DNA of 64,000 nt, from contig ONJS01000002.1 in assembly GCA_900318205.1 (NCBI GenBank), positions 18,689 through 82,688 on the forward strand. Direction: 5' to 3'. The DNA comes from an uncultured Prevotellaceae bacterium. Lineage in GTDB: Bacteria > Bacteroidota > Bacteroidia > Bacteroidales > Muribaculaceae. A model generated the notes under the pieces. The model saw nothing but the letters and a program-made list of their open reading frames with translations. It was not told where the DNA came from and made no database searches. The position numbers and the translations under genes were made by a program. Below, piece by piece: positions 29,240 to 38,496 of this stretch. The number at the start of each line of letters is the position of its first letter. Position 1 is the first letter of the stretch.

Positions 29240-31189
29240 TCAGGCATCAGTCTCTGTTTGGATTTCTTGTTGATGATTCTTTTCCAGTGACAGCAATTGC
29301 TGCTTGATGTTGGTGCCTGATGCATAACCACCCAGGCTACCATCACTGTTGATGACACGATGACAAGGGACGACGATGCTCACTGGGTTGTTGTGATTGG
29401 CTTGGGCTACAGCACGTGAAGCCGTCGGCTTGCCCATGCGTTTTGCTTCTTCTCCATAAGAGATGGTCACACCGTAGGGTATCTGTTTTAGCACATCCCA
29501 TGCCTTCATCTGGAATTCGGTGCCAACCAAGTGCACGGGCAGAGAGAATTCTTTACGTGTGCCATCGAAGTATTCTTTGAGTTGAATCATACAGTTGGCG
29601 AGTAGGGGAGACGTGGTTTCAACAGGCTTCAGTTTCATTTTCTTTGCCATGCTGTCAATGTCATCACCGTTCCAGCCGATATAGACCAGTCCTTGGGTGC
29701 AGGCACCAATTGTCAATGTGCCGAGGGGTGTCTCCATCGTAGTGTAGCAAAACTGTCCGTCATGAACCGGCGTGATGCCTAGCTCGCTTGCCTTGTCCAG
29801 CATGAGACGATAGGCCGACTCATAGTCGTTGGTGATAATGCCATCGAGAATGGCATCCTTGATGGCGTCCTTGATATAACCCACGGGGCGTGACGGGGCA
29901 AGCCCGAAGGTCTGCATGATTTCCTCGCCATCGATGGGCGGCTGGAAGTTGCGCACTCGGTCTTTCTCTTCGATATCCACCAGTTTCTGCTTCACCAAAT
30001 CAAAATTCTCGCGGAAACGTTGCACCTTGATCTGGTTTTTGCTGGTGATGTCGGCCTTGCACAGGGTCATCAGGTCATCGATATCATCTCCTGCGTCAAA
30101 CAGCAGTCGGCGCACTGCGCTGTCGGTCACCTCATCCTCAACCAGGGCAATGGGGCGCATGTGCAGTCCTACAAGTTTTTTCACATATTTCATCTGCTCG
30201 TTGAGGGGCAGACGCATTTTTGCAAAAATCTTGGGCACCATTTTCTCGCCGATGAAGTTGTGGTTGTGGAATGTCCATCCCAGTTGAGGATCCCAACGCT
30301 TGGTGCGTGCCTTGCCCACATCGTGTAGCAAGGCAGCCCAGCGCAGCCACACGTCATCACTGGCGGCAGCCACATTGTCGAGCACTTGCATGGTGTGCAT
30401 GAAATTGTCCTTATGGCCGCGCCCGTTGACCGTCTCAATGCCTTTCAGGGCAGCGAGCTCTGGGAAGATGAGCGGCAATAGGCCACTCTGGTCGAGCAGT
30501 AACCAGCCGCGTGAGGGTCGGGGAGTGCGCATGATCTTCATCAGTTCCTCAGCGATTCGCTCACGGGTGATGATGTGAATGCGTTTGGCATTTCGGCGGA
30601 TGGCATCAAACGTTTCGGGATAGATGTCAAAATCCAATTGTGTTGCAAAGCGCACTGCACGCATCATCCTCAACGGGTCGTCGCTGAAGGTGATATCAGG
30701 GTCGAGTGGGGTGCGGATGATGCGACGCTCCATGTCGCCAATGCCGTCAAATGGATCAAGCAGTTCACCATAGCGTGCTTGATTCAGGCAGATGGCCATA
30801 GCATTGATGGTGAAGTCGCGACGTTTCTGGTCATCATCCAGGGTGCCGTCTTCAACTATAGGGTTGCGGCTGTCGCGGCGATAGGATTCGCGGCGGGCAC
30901 CGACAAACTCCAGTTCCCATTGACGAGTCTTGACCTGTGCCGTACCATAGGTGCGGAAAACTGCTAAATGTGCACGCTTGCCAATGCGACGAGCAACCGC
31001 TTTGGCGACCTCAATGCCGCTACCGACGGTAACAAAGTCCATGTCGTTGCTCGGGCGTTCAAGGAAAATGTCCCTGACATACCCTCCCACGATATAACAT
31101 TTGCGTTGCAAATCGTCGGCAACATTACCCACCAGTTTTAAGATGGGTAATTCCACGTGAGCATCTATTTTTTGACGGTCAATTCTCAT
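29240..31189 (-). CDS. cca: CCA-adding/HD tRNA nucleotidyltransferase fused in frame to a methylated-DNA--protein-cysteine methyltransferase (Ogt) domain
   Basis: GGYVRD, DMDF, RRDFTINA, LLHDVGK, then IPYG..SY, SRAVA, PCHRV; no stop between the two parts. Confidence 0.88.
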   Translation of the reverse strand: MRIDRQKIDAHVELPILKLVGNVADDLQRKCYIVGGYVRDIFLERPSNDMDFVTVGSGIEVAKAVARRIGKRAHLAVFRTYGTAQVKTRQWELEFVGARRESYRRDSRNPIVEDGTLDDDQKRRDFTINAMAICLNQARYGELLDPFDGIGDMERRIIRTPLDPDITFSDDPLRMMRAVRFATQLDFDIYPETFDAIRRNAKRIHIITRERIAEELMKIMRTPRPSRGWLLLDQSGLLPLIFPELAALKGIETVNGRGHKDNFMHTMQVLDNVAAASDDVWLRWAALLHDVGKARTKRWDPQLGWTFHNHNFIGEKMVPKIFAKMRLPLNEQMKYVKKLVGLHMRPIALVEDEVTDSAVRRLLFDAGDDIDDLMTLCKADITSKNQIKVQRFRENFDLVKQKLVDIEEKDRVRNFQPPIDGEEIMQTFGLAPSRPVGYIKDAIKDAILDGIITNDYESAYRLMLDKASELGITPVHDGQFCYTTMETPLGTLTIGACTQGLVYIGWNGDDIDSMAKKMKLKPVETTSPLLANCMIQLKEYFDGTRKEFSLPVHLVGTEFQMKAWDVLKQIPYGVTISYGEEAKRMGKPTASRAVAQANHNNPVSIVVPCHRVINSDGSLGGYASGTNIKQQLLSLEKNHQQEIQTETDA

Positions 31190-31208
31190 TATTTCATGCT
31201 TTATTCTG

Positions 31209-31267
31209 CAAAATTAATGCTTTTTCTGCGCTTTTTTTGTTCATATCTGCAAAAATCATTAATTTTG
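31209..31267. promoter_or_regulatory. Divergent promoters for cca (-, 31209-31216) and rho (+, 31260-31267)
   Basis: TAATTTTG on each strand; the rho promoter has TTTG at 31236-31239 (20 nt spacer). Confidence 0.7.
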
Positions 31268-31552
31268 CACCGCAAAACAAGATCACAAAGGATGTTTTGC
31301 GACGCTATTCATTAATCAATACCGAATCCCCCGTTCTTTTCCTATCTCTTTTATTCTGAGGAAATGACAATCTATATATTTTTGGCTGATTGTTCATATA
31401 CGGGCGATTTGAATTGAAGAAATGAGGTTACTAGAACAGACAAATCATTAGTATAATTTGGAATATCATGCGTTGTTGCGCATGGCATGGTGTAGTGAAA
31501 CAGAGTGGCTGTTTTTTATTGTCACACCATGATAGCTTTATATAATTTTTAT

Positions 31553-33706
31553 ATGTATAACATTAATCAATTAAATGCGATGAGCGACGAACAACTTCGT
31601 GAGCTCGCCAAGTCTATGGGTATTAAGCGCGTTGATTCGTTTAGCCATGATGATCTTGTGTTTCAGGTTTTGGACCATCAGGCAGAGACAGAAGCAGCTA
31701 ATGCTCCTGAACCCACTACCAAACGTCGTCGTGAACGCATTCGCCAGCCGGCAGCCAAAGCAAATGGTAATGAAGTGATCAAGGACGATGCCGTGGCACC
31801 CAAGAACCAAAGTAAAGAGAAAAACGATATAGTAGAAACCAACGAGGTTACCAAGCCCGTTGAAAAAGAAGCACCTGAGCCCACCGAGAAACCTAAAGCT
31901 CAGAAAAAAGATAAAGACAAAGACAAAGAAGCAAGCGATACGCAGGAACCGCCTAAACGCAAGCGTGGCCGCCCTTCAGCTGCCGAAAAAGCAGCTCGTG
32001 AAATAGCGTTGAAAAACAGTCAAGAAGAACAACCCGTTGCTGAAGAGCTGACTGCCGATCAGCAAGAGCAGCCAGCAGCCGAAGTGGTTGTTAGCGAGCA
32101 AGCTCCTCGCCGTCGTGGTCGCAAAACCAAACAGGTCGTTGATGAGCAACCGGTTCTGCCCTTTGACAATACTGAGCTTCAGCCTGAACAAGAGATGTTG
32201 GAGCCTATGACCGAGGAACCTGTTTATGATGAGTCATTGCAAGAGCCCATCAATGAGGAAATCGGCTATATGCCGGAGAATGAGCCTGAAATGATGGCAC
32301 CCCAACCCGAGGAACAGCATGAGAGGGAGGATGTCTCACTCAATACGTTCTTCAATACAGGTAGCGGATTCACTTTCAAACCTCGTACTCAGCAGGAACG
32401 CGAAGAAGCAATGCGCAAGGCCGAGGAAGAACGCCGCCGTCAGGCTGAACAGGCCGCCGTTGCTCCCATTGTTATCCAGGAACCTAAAGTGGTAAAGGAG
32501 AGCAAGAGCAAGAAGCGCAAGATGAAACAGCAGCAACAGCAACAGATTGCTGAAGTCAATCCCTATCTGGACCAGCCCTATAACTTCGACGGAATTCTTG
32601 AGGCACAAGGTGTGCTCGACATCGCCCCCGAGGGTTATGGCTTCCTGCGCTCCAGTGATTATAATTATCTCACGTCTCCTGATGATATTTACGTACAGCA
32701 GTCCCAGATCAAGGCTTACGGCCTCAAGACTGGTGACGTTATCGAGGGAACCATTCGCCCGCCCATGGAGGGTGAGAAGTATTTCCCGATGAGTGAGATA
32801 CATCTGATCAATGGCCGCACGCCTGCTTATGTCCGTGACCGCGTACCGTTTGAGCATCTGGTTCCTCTGTTCCCCGATGAGAAGTTTGATCTCGTGAGCA
32901 AAACCCATCCCACGGTTTCACAACGCGTGGTGGATATGTTCTCGCCCATCGGTAAAGGACAGCGCGGCCTCATCGTCGCTCAGCCCAAGACAGGTAAGAC
33001 CATGCTCTTGAAGGAGATTGCCAATGCCATCTCGGAGAATCATCCTGAAACCTATATGATCATCCTGCTCATTGATGAACGTCCTGAGGAGGTGACCGAT
33101 ATGGCTCGTAGTGTCAATGCCGAAGTCATCGCTTCTACCTTTGACGAGCCGGCTGACCGCCATGTCAAGATTGCCGACCTCGTATTGAGCAAGGCCAAAC
33201 GCCTGGTAGAATGTGGTCATGATGTGGTCATCCTGCTTGACTCGATTACTCGTCTGGCTCGTGCCTACAACACCATTGCTCCTGCTTCAGGAAAAATCCT
33301 GACGGGTGGTGTGGATGCCAACGCATTGCAGCGACCCAAGCGCTTCTTTGGTGCTGCCCGTAATATCGAGGGCGGTGGTAGTCTTACTATTATTGCCACT
33401 GCATTGACCGAGACTGGCTCCAAGATGGATGAAGTGATCTTTGAGGAATTCAAGGGTACTGGTAACATGGAGTTGCAGCTTGACCGCAAGTTGTCCAACA
33501 AGCGTATCTTCCCGGCTGTGGATGTCATGGCATCAAGTACACGTCGTGACGACTTGCTGCTGCCGCAGGATACCTTGAACAAGATGTGGATCATCCGTCG
33601 CTTCTTGAGCGACCGCACTTCGGTCGAGGCCATGGAGTTTGTAAAAGAGCGTATGGATCGAACCCGTGATAACGAGGAGTTCCTGCTCACCATGCAACAA
33701 GGCTAA
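31553..33706 (+). CDS. rho: Transcription termination factor Rho with long N-terminal disordered insertion
   Basis: [41 protein letters not shown]. Confidence 0.97.
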   Translation: MYNINQLNAMSDEQLRELAKSMGIKRVDSFSHDDLVFQVLDHQAETEAANAPEPTTKRRRERIRQPAAKANGNEVIKDDAVAPKNQSKEKNDIVETNEVTKPVEKEAPEPTEKPKAQKKDKDKDKEASDTQEPPKRKRGRPSAAEKAAREIALKNSQEEQPVAEELTADQQEQPAAEVVVSEQAPRRRGRKTKQVVDEQPVLPFDNTELQPEQEMLEPMTEEPVYDESLQEPINEEIGYMPENEPEMMAPQPEEQHEREDVSLNTFFNTGSGFTFKPRTQQEREEAMRKAEEERRRQAEQAAVAPIVIQEPKVVKESKSKKRKMKQQQQQQIAEVNPYLDQPYNFDGILEAQGVLDIAPEGYGFLRSSDYNYLTSPDDIYVQQSQIKAYGLKTGDVIEGTIRPPMEGEKYFPMSEIHLINGRTPAYVRDRVPFEHLVPLFPDEKFDLVSKTHPTVSQRVVDMFSPIGKGQRGLIVAQPKTGKTMLLKEIANAISENHPETYMIILLIDERPEEVTDMARSVNAEVIASTFDEPADRHVKIADLVLSKAKRLVECGHDVVILLDSITRLARAYNTIAPASGKILTGGVDANALQRPKRFFGAARNIEGGGSLTIIATALTETGSKMDEVIFEEFKGTGNMELQLDRKLSNKRIFPAVDVMASSTRRDDLLLPQDTLNKMWIIRRFLSDRTSVEAMEFVKERMDRTRDNEEFLLTMQQG

Positions 33707-33717
33707 TCATATTGATG

Positions 33718-34155
33718 ATGGGGCGCATTTTAGGCATAGATTATGGACGTAAACGCACTGGTGTTGCCGTCACCGATCCGTTACAGATCGTGGCAGGTAA
33801 TCTTGCCACTGTGCCCACTCACACGCTCATGTCGTTCATCAAGGATTATATCGCGCGAGAGCAAGTGGAACGCATTGTCATCGGGCAACCCACACAACTC
33901 AATGGCGAACCCAGCGAGAGCATGAAATACATCACGCCGTTTGTCAACAAGTTGCGCAAGGAATTGCCTGATATGCCTATCGTGATGTATGACGAACGCT
34001 TTACAAGTACGATTGCTCATCGCGCGATGATTGATGGTGGCATGAAAAAGAGTGACCGCCGTGACAAGTCACGCGTTGACGCCATCGCTGCCACCATTAT
34101 TCTTAACGATTATCTACAGAGTAAATTAAATCAACCTTTTAATACTGAATCATGA
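33718..34155 (+). CDS. ruvX: YqgF/RuvX RNase H-fold nuclease
   Basis: ILGIDYG, DERFTS, DAIAATIIL. Confidence 0.93.
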   Translation: MGRILGIDYGRKRTGVAVTDPLQIVAGNLATVPTHTLMSFIKDYIAREQVERIVIGQPTQLNGEPSESMKYITPFVNKLRKELPDMPIVMYDERFTSTIAHRAMIDGGMKKSDRRDKSRVDAIAATIILNDYLQSKLNQPFNTES

Positions 34156-34724
34156 TTTTACCGATTTATATCTATGGTCATCCCGTGCTCAGGACCGAGA
34201 ATGCCACTGTCACGCCTGACTTTCCTAATCTTCAGGAGTTTATTGAGAATCTGAAGGAAACCATGTACCATACCCAGGGTATTGGTATTGCTGCGCCTCA
34301 GGTGGGCGTCAATGCACGCATTGTTTATATTGATGTTGATGTGCTGGCCGAGGATTTTCCCGAGCTCAAGGGCGTTAACATGCTGCTTATTAATCCCGAA
34401 ATTACGGTCGATGAGACTTCTCCGTTGATTTCACGTGAGGAGGGATGCCTCAGTGTACCCGGTATTCACGAGAATGTTCACCGTCATGAGAAAATCCACC
34501 TGCACTGGCAAGACGAACAATTCCAGGAACATGACCAGGACATTGAGGGCTATCTCGCCCGCGTCGTCCAGCATGAGTGTGACCACTTGGACAAAACGCT
34601 GTTTGTGGATCGCATTTCACCTATCCGCAAACAGTTGATCAGAGCCAAGCTGAATAATATGATGAAGGGTAAAGTGTCTTGCAGCTATCGTTGCAAAGTG
34701 GCGCCTCTCAAGCGTAAAAAATAA
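34152..34724 (+). CDS. def: Peptide deformylase
   Basis: GIGIAAPQVG, EGCLS, QHECDH. Confidence 0.96.
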   Translation: MILPIYIYGHPVLRTENATVTPDFPNLQEFIENLKETMYHTQGIGIAAPQVGVNARIVYIDVDVLAEDFPELKGVNMLLINPEITVDETSPLISREEGCLSVPGIHENVHRHEKIHLHWQDEQFQEHDQDIEGYLARVVQHECDHLDKTLFVDRISPIRKQLIRAKLNNMMKGKVSCSYRCKVAPLKRKK

Positions 34725-34787
34725 GAAAGTGGAAGATGTCTCACGACAGCCTCCACAAACCTTAAATCTAATACCATGAAAAACACA
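34720..34787 (-). ncRNA. Candidate ~67 nt small RNA with own promoter and terminator
   Basis: Minus-strand TTTG (34821-34824)-N21-TACATTTG (34792-34799); hairpin 34729-34756 with GUGA loop followed by U tract. Confidence 0.65.
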
Positions 34788-34943
34788 CGTACAAATGTAC
34801 TACAGATTTTTTGAATTGTACAAACATTTTAAGGATTTTTTGTATTTTTATATAAAAATTTAGACTAAATTAATGGATTTTAATAAGCCCCTGAAGACCA
34901 ACGATGAAGAAAGTCTTTTTATGATGGTGGCATGTAACAAAAA

Positions 34944-34977
34944 AAATCGGCTACTCCAGTGACGGGGTAGCCGATTT
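34944..34977 (-). terminator. Terminator of the porin gene
   Basis: aaatcggctac / gtagccgattt with A tract on the + strand. Confidence 0.8.
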
Positions 34978-35008
34978 CTATCATTGTTTTCTCTCTAGTG
35001 TTCTGCTA

Positions 35009-35611
35009 TCAGAACTTCATACCGAAGGCAATCTGGATGTTGCCGTTCTTAGCCTTGTTCTCGCCAAGGACAGCATTATCCTTAAGCGCCTTAGTGAGAC
35101 CCATCGTGTAACGAGCCTGAACAAAAGCATTCTCGGTAAGGTTGTAGGTGGCACCCAGGCCTACGCCAAAATCGATAGCCTTTGTTCCGTCTTTGAAGTC
35201 GACAGATTTGTCATAACCCTTGGCGGCAATCTTGCTGTACACATTAAATCCTACTTGAGGACCGAGGTCGATGCTGAAGCTGGGAGCAACGTAATACTTG
35301 AACATCAAGGGAACGTTGATGTAGTTGGCATTGTATTTAATTTCGGTGGTTGTGATGTCAAAGAGGTCGAGGGCAAATGCCTTGGACTTACCACCCTGGG
35401 CGGCAAACACAACTTCGGGAGCGATGGCAAAATGAGGATTGAACTTGTATTCCATCATCAGACCAACCTGATAGCCAGGCTTCATACCATGGTCTACATC
35501 CGGTCCCCAGAAGTTAGTCATGTCAAAACCGACCTTTCCACCAAACTGAACTTGAGCGCTTGCGCCCATGCACACGATTGCAGCAGCAATCAAAACAAAA
35601 AATTTCTTCAT
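35009..35611 (-). CDS. Outer-membrane beta-barrel (PorT/porin family) protein
   Basis: Signal peptide, YINVPLMFKY, GPQVGF, terminal Phe. Confidence 0.85.
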   Translation of the reverse strand: MKKFFVLIAAAIVCMGASAQVQFGGKVGFDMTNFWGPDVDHGMKPGYQVGLMMEYKFNPHFAIAPEVVFAAQGGKSKAFALDLFDITTTEIKYNANYINVPLMFKYYVAPSFSIDLGPQVGFNVYSKIAAKGYDKSVDFKDGTKAIDFGVGLGATYNLTENAFVQARYTMGLTKALKDNAVLGENKAKNGNIQIAFGMKF

Positions 35612-35784
35612 AATTTTTACTTAAAATAAAACGTTAAGTTGTTTTCTATGCTTGAGTTTTTGCCTTTTGAGCAAAACGACTCTTAGACTAAAATAAAACC
35701 GTTAGGTTTAATGGCAAGACGAAAAAAATACTATTTTGAGAAAAATTAACCACTTTGCCGCCTAAAATGAACACCACATAGCGC

Positions 35785-36414
35785 TTATTGCTTGTATTGC
35801 TTGCAGAATTGTTGTATCCCGCAATTCAGGCAGTCGGGACGCTGAGCCTTGCAAACATACCGGCCGTGGAGCAGGATCCAGTGATGTGCCTTGAAACGCA
35901 GTTCGGCAGGGATGTGGCGCGTCAAGTCACGCTCCACGTCATTGGGCGTCTTACCCTGTGACAGTCCCAGTCGATGAGACACACGATACACATGGGTATC
36001 CACTGGTATGGTCGCTTGATGGAAGACAATTCCCAAAATCACATTGGCAGTCTTGCGTCCAACACCCGGCAGTGAGGTGAGGTCCCTCATGTTGTCGGGC
36101 ACCTTGCCGTCAAACTCTTCAGCCAGCTTTTGGGCCATGGCTTGCAGGTGGGCGGCTTTGCTGTTAGGATAGGATACACTCTTTATATATTGTAAGATGT
36201 CCTCAACGCTGGCTGCGGCCATAGCTTGTGGAGTAGGGTAAGCCTCAAACAAGGCAGGAGTCACCATGTTGATGCGCTTGTCGGTACACTGGGCACTCAA
36301 CATCACTGCCACCAGCAACTCAAACGGGTCGCGATGCTGCAACTCGGTTTCCGGATTAGGCTGTTCCCGCTGGAAATAGTCTAATATACCCTCAAATCTC
36401 TCCTTTATTGTCAT
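35785..36414 (-). CDS. nth: Endonuclease III
   Basis: LSAQCTD, LPGVGRKTA, VDTHV, C-x6-C-x2-C-x5-C. Confidence 0.96.
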   Translation of the reverse strand: MTIKERFEGILDYFQREQPNPETELQHRDPFELLVAVMLSAQCTDKRINMVTPALFEAYPTPQAMAAASVEDILQYIKSVSYPNSKAAHLQAMAQKLAEEFDGKVPDNMRDLTSLPGVGRKTANVILGIVFHQATIPVDTHVYRVSHRLGLSQGKTPNDVERDLTRHIPAELRFKAHHWILLHGRYVCKAQRPDCLNCGIQQFCKQYKQ

Positions 36415-36428
36415 AGCTCAATTTACAT

Positions 36429-36455
36429 GTAGAGACGCAAAATCTTGCGTCTCTA
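36429..36455. repeat. GTAG-type REP-like palindrome
   Basis: gtagagacgcaa-aatc-ttgcgtctcta. Confidence 0.65.
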
Positions 36456-36503
36456 TATCTCTAATCACTAATCTCTAATCTATTTTGCCCATCGGGCAAA
36501 ATA

Positions 36504-37547
36504 TCAATGTGCGCTCTTGAACTCGTCAAGGAAGCGTACGTCGTTCTCGCTGAACATGCGCAGGTCCTTCACCATGTACTTCAAGTTAGTGATGCGCTCA
36601 ACGCCAAGGCCGAAGGCATAGCCGCTATAAACCTTGCTGTCGATACCGCTGGCCTCAAGCACGGCAGGATCCACCATGCCACAACCCAGAATCTCGACCC
36701 AACCCGTGTGCTTGCAGAAACCGCAGCCCTCGCCGCCGCACAGCATACAGGATACGTCCATCTCGGCACTGGGCTCGGTGAACGGGAAGTAGCTGGGACG
36801 CAGACGGATCTTGGTATCGGTACCGAACAGTTCCTGGGCAAAGTGCAGCAGCACCTGTTTCAGGTCGGCAAACGACACGTTCTTGTCGATATAAAGACCC
36901 TCAATCTGATGGAAGAAGCAGTGCGCGCGTGCAGTGATTGCCTCGTTGCGGTAAACGCGACCCGGGCAGATGATGCGGATGGGCGGCTGGTTACGCTCCA
37001 TAGTACGCACCTGCACCGAGCTGGTGTGGCTGCGTAGCACGATATTGCGGGTAACGTCCTGGTCATTCTTCTCAATGAAGAAGGTGTCCTGCATGTCGCG
37101 GGCGGGGTGGTCGGCAGCGAAGTTCAGCGCACTGAATACGTGCCAGTCGTCCTCAACCTCGGGACCATCGGCAATGGTAAAGCCCAGGCGTGAGAAGATG
37201 TCGATGATCTGCTTGCGCACCACCGAGATGGGGTGACGCGTTCCCAATTCTGCCGGGAAGGCAGGACGGGTGATGTCGATCTTGTTCTGCTCCTTAGCCT
37301 GCTGCTTGGTAGCCTCGCGCAGGGCATTGATCTTCTCGGTAGCGAGGTTCTTCAGTTCGTTGAGCTTCTGACCCAGCTCACGTTTCTCCTCGGGAGCCAC
37401 CTCACGGAACTCGTTGAACAATGCCGTAATTTCACCTTTCTTGCTCAGATACTTAATGCGTAATGCCTCAAGAGCCTCTTCGTTCTCGGCCTTGAGTTCA
37501 GCTATTTGCGCCTTCAGCGCCTCTATCTTGTCTTTTAACATAGTCAT
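36504..37547 (-). CDS. pheS: Phenylalanine--tRNA ligase alpha subunit
   Basis: HPARDMQDTF, LRSHTS, FHQIEG, FPFTEPS, GLGVER. Confidence 0.97.
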   Translation of the reverse strand: MTMLKDKIEALKAQIAELKAENEEALEALRIKYLSKKGEITALFNEFREVAPEEKRELGQKLNELKNLATEKINALREATKQQAKEQNKIDITRPAFPAELGTRHPISVVRKQIIDIFSRLGFTIADGPEVEDDWHVFSALNFAADHPARDMQDTFFIEKNDQDVTRNIVLRSHTSSVQVRTMERNQPPIRIICPGRVYRNEAITARAHCFFHQIEGLYIDKNVSFADLKQVLLHFAQELFGTDTKIRLRPSYFPFTEPSAEMDVSCMLCGGEGCGFCKHTGWVEILGCGMVDPAVLEASGIDSKVYSGYAFGLGVERITNLKYMVKDLRMFSENDVRFLDEFKSAH

Positions 37548-37668
37548 AATCTTGTTTTAACGTGCAAAGGTACGAAATAGTTTTCAGTTAACCCTTAATA
37601 GATAACAGTTTTTTCTCAACAATTCGCCTTTATCAACTGTCAATCAGATATGACGATGTATTTGTACG

Positions 37669-38286
37669 TTAGAAAAGATACCCCAATGAAATCTGAATGT
37701 TGCGGTTTTTGCCTCCATCAAAGACCTTAGATGTGCCAGTTAAGCCGTGGATATAACGAGCATCAACAAAGGCTCCGTTCTCAAATCTGTATCCCAGGCC
37801 ACCAAAAATGCTGAAGTCAAATTTCTTTGTGTTATCTGAATCAAAAGAATCATCAATTTCATGGTCTTCCAGTTTGTCCTTTTTAGAGAGCAGATAACCG
37901 AATTGTGGACCACATTCAACGTAAACTCCTTTTACGAGATTTACTTTTGCAGCAATAGGCAATGTCAGGTAGTGACTGGTAACACTGTAATTCTTATCGT
38001 GTAATCTTTGCTCTGCTTCGACCTCAACACGGTCTTTAAAGCCCTGCATTGAGTAAAGTAAATCGGTCTCCAGTTCAAAGCGTTCGTTGATGGCCCAATT
38101 AACTACACCACCAATATGCAAGCCAGTTCTAAAGCCGGGGCTTTCTGCATTATATCCATTGATGTTCTTATACTTGGACTCGGTTGATAGATTCAAACCG
38201 CCCTTTACACCGAACTGAATCTCTTGTGCATTCACGCTAATAGTTGCCATTGTGACAATGGCCATAAGAATGATTCTCTTAAACAT
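37669..38286 (-). CDS. Outer-membrane beta-barrel (porin family) protein
   Basis: FGVKGGLN, YLTLPI, GPQFGYLL, GYLF end; AT-richer than neighbours. Confidence 0.85.
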   Translation of the reverse strand: MFKRIILMAIVTMATISVNAQEIQFGVKGGLNLSTESKYKNINGYNAESPGFRTGLHIGGVVNWAINERFELETDLLYSMQGFKDRVEVEAEQRLHDKNYSVTSHYLTLPIAAKVNLVKGVYVECGPQFGYLLSKKDKLEDHEIDDSFDSDNTKKFDFSIFGGLGYRFENGAFVDARYIHGLTGTSKVFDGGKNRNIQISLGYLF

Positions 38287-38444
38287 GATTAAATCAAAAT
38301 ATTTTAGTGGTTAAAGCAATAATATAGACGTTTTAAAAACAAGTATTGTAAACCCTTTATTGTGAGATAATGCATTTGATTAATATACTTTAATGATATT
38401 TAATGGTGGTTAAGTTAAGTTTCTGGTTGTTGTACTAATAACAA

Positions 38445-38472
38445 AATCCCTGGGTTGCTCAACCCAGGGATT
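38445..38472 (-). terminator. pta-ackA terminator
   Basis: aatccctgggtt / aacccagggatt. Confidence 0.85.
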
Positions 38473-38496
38473 CTTGCTTATTTGTTATCTCTATGT

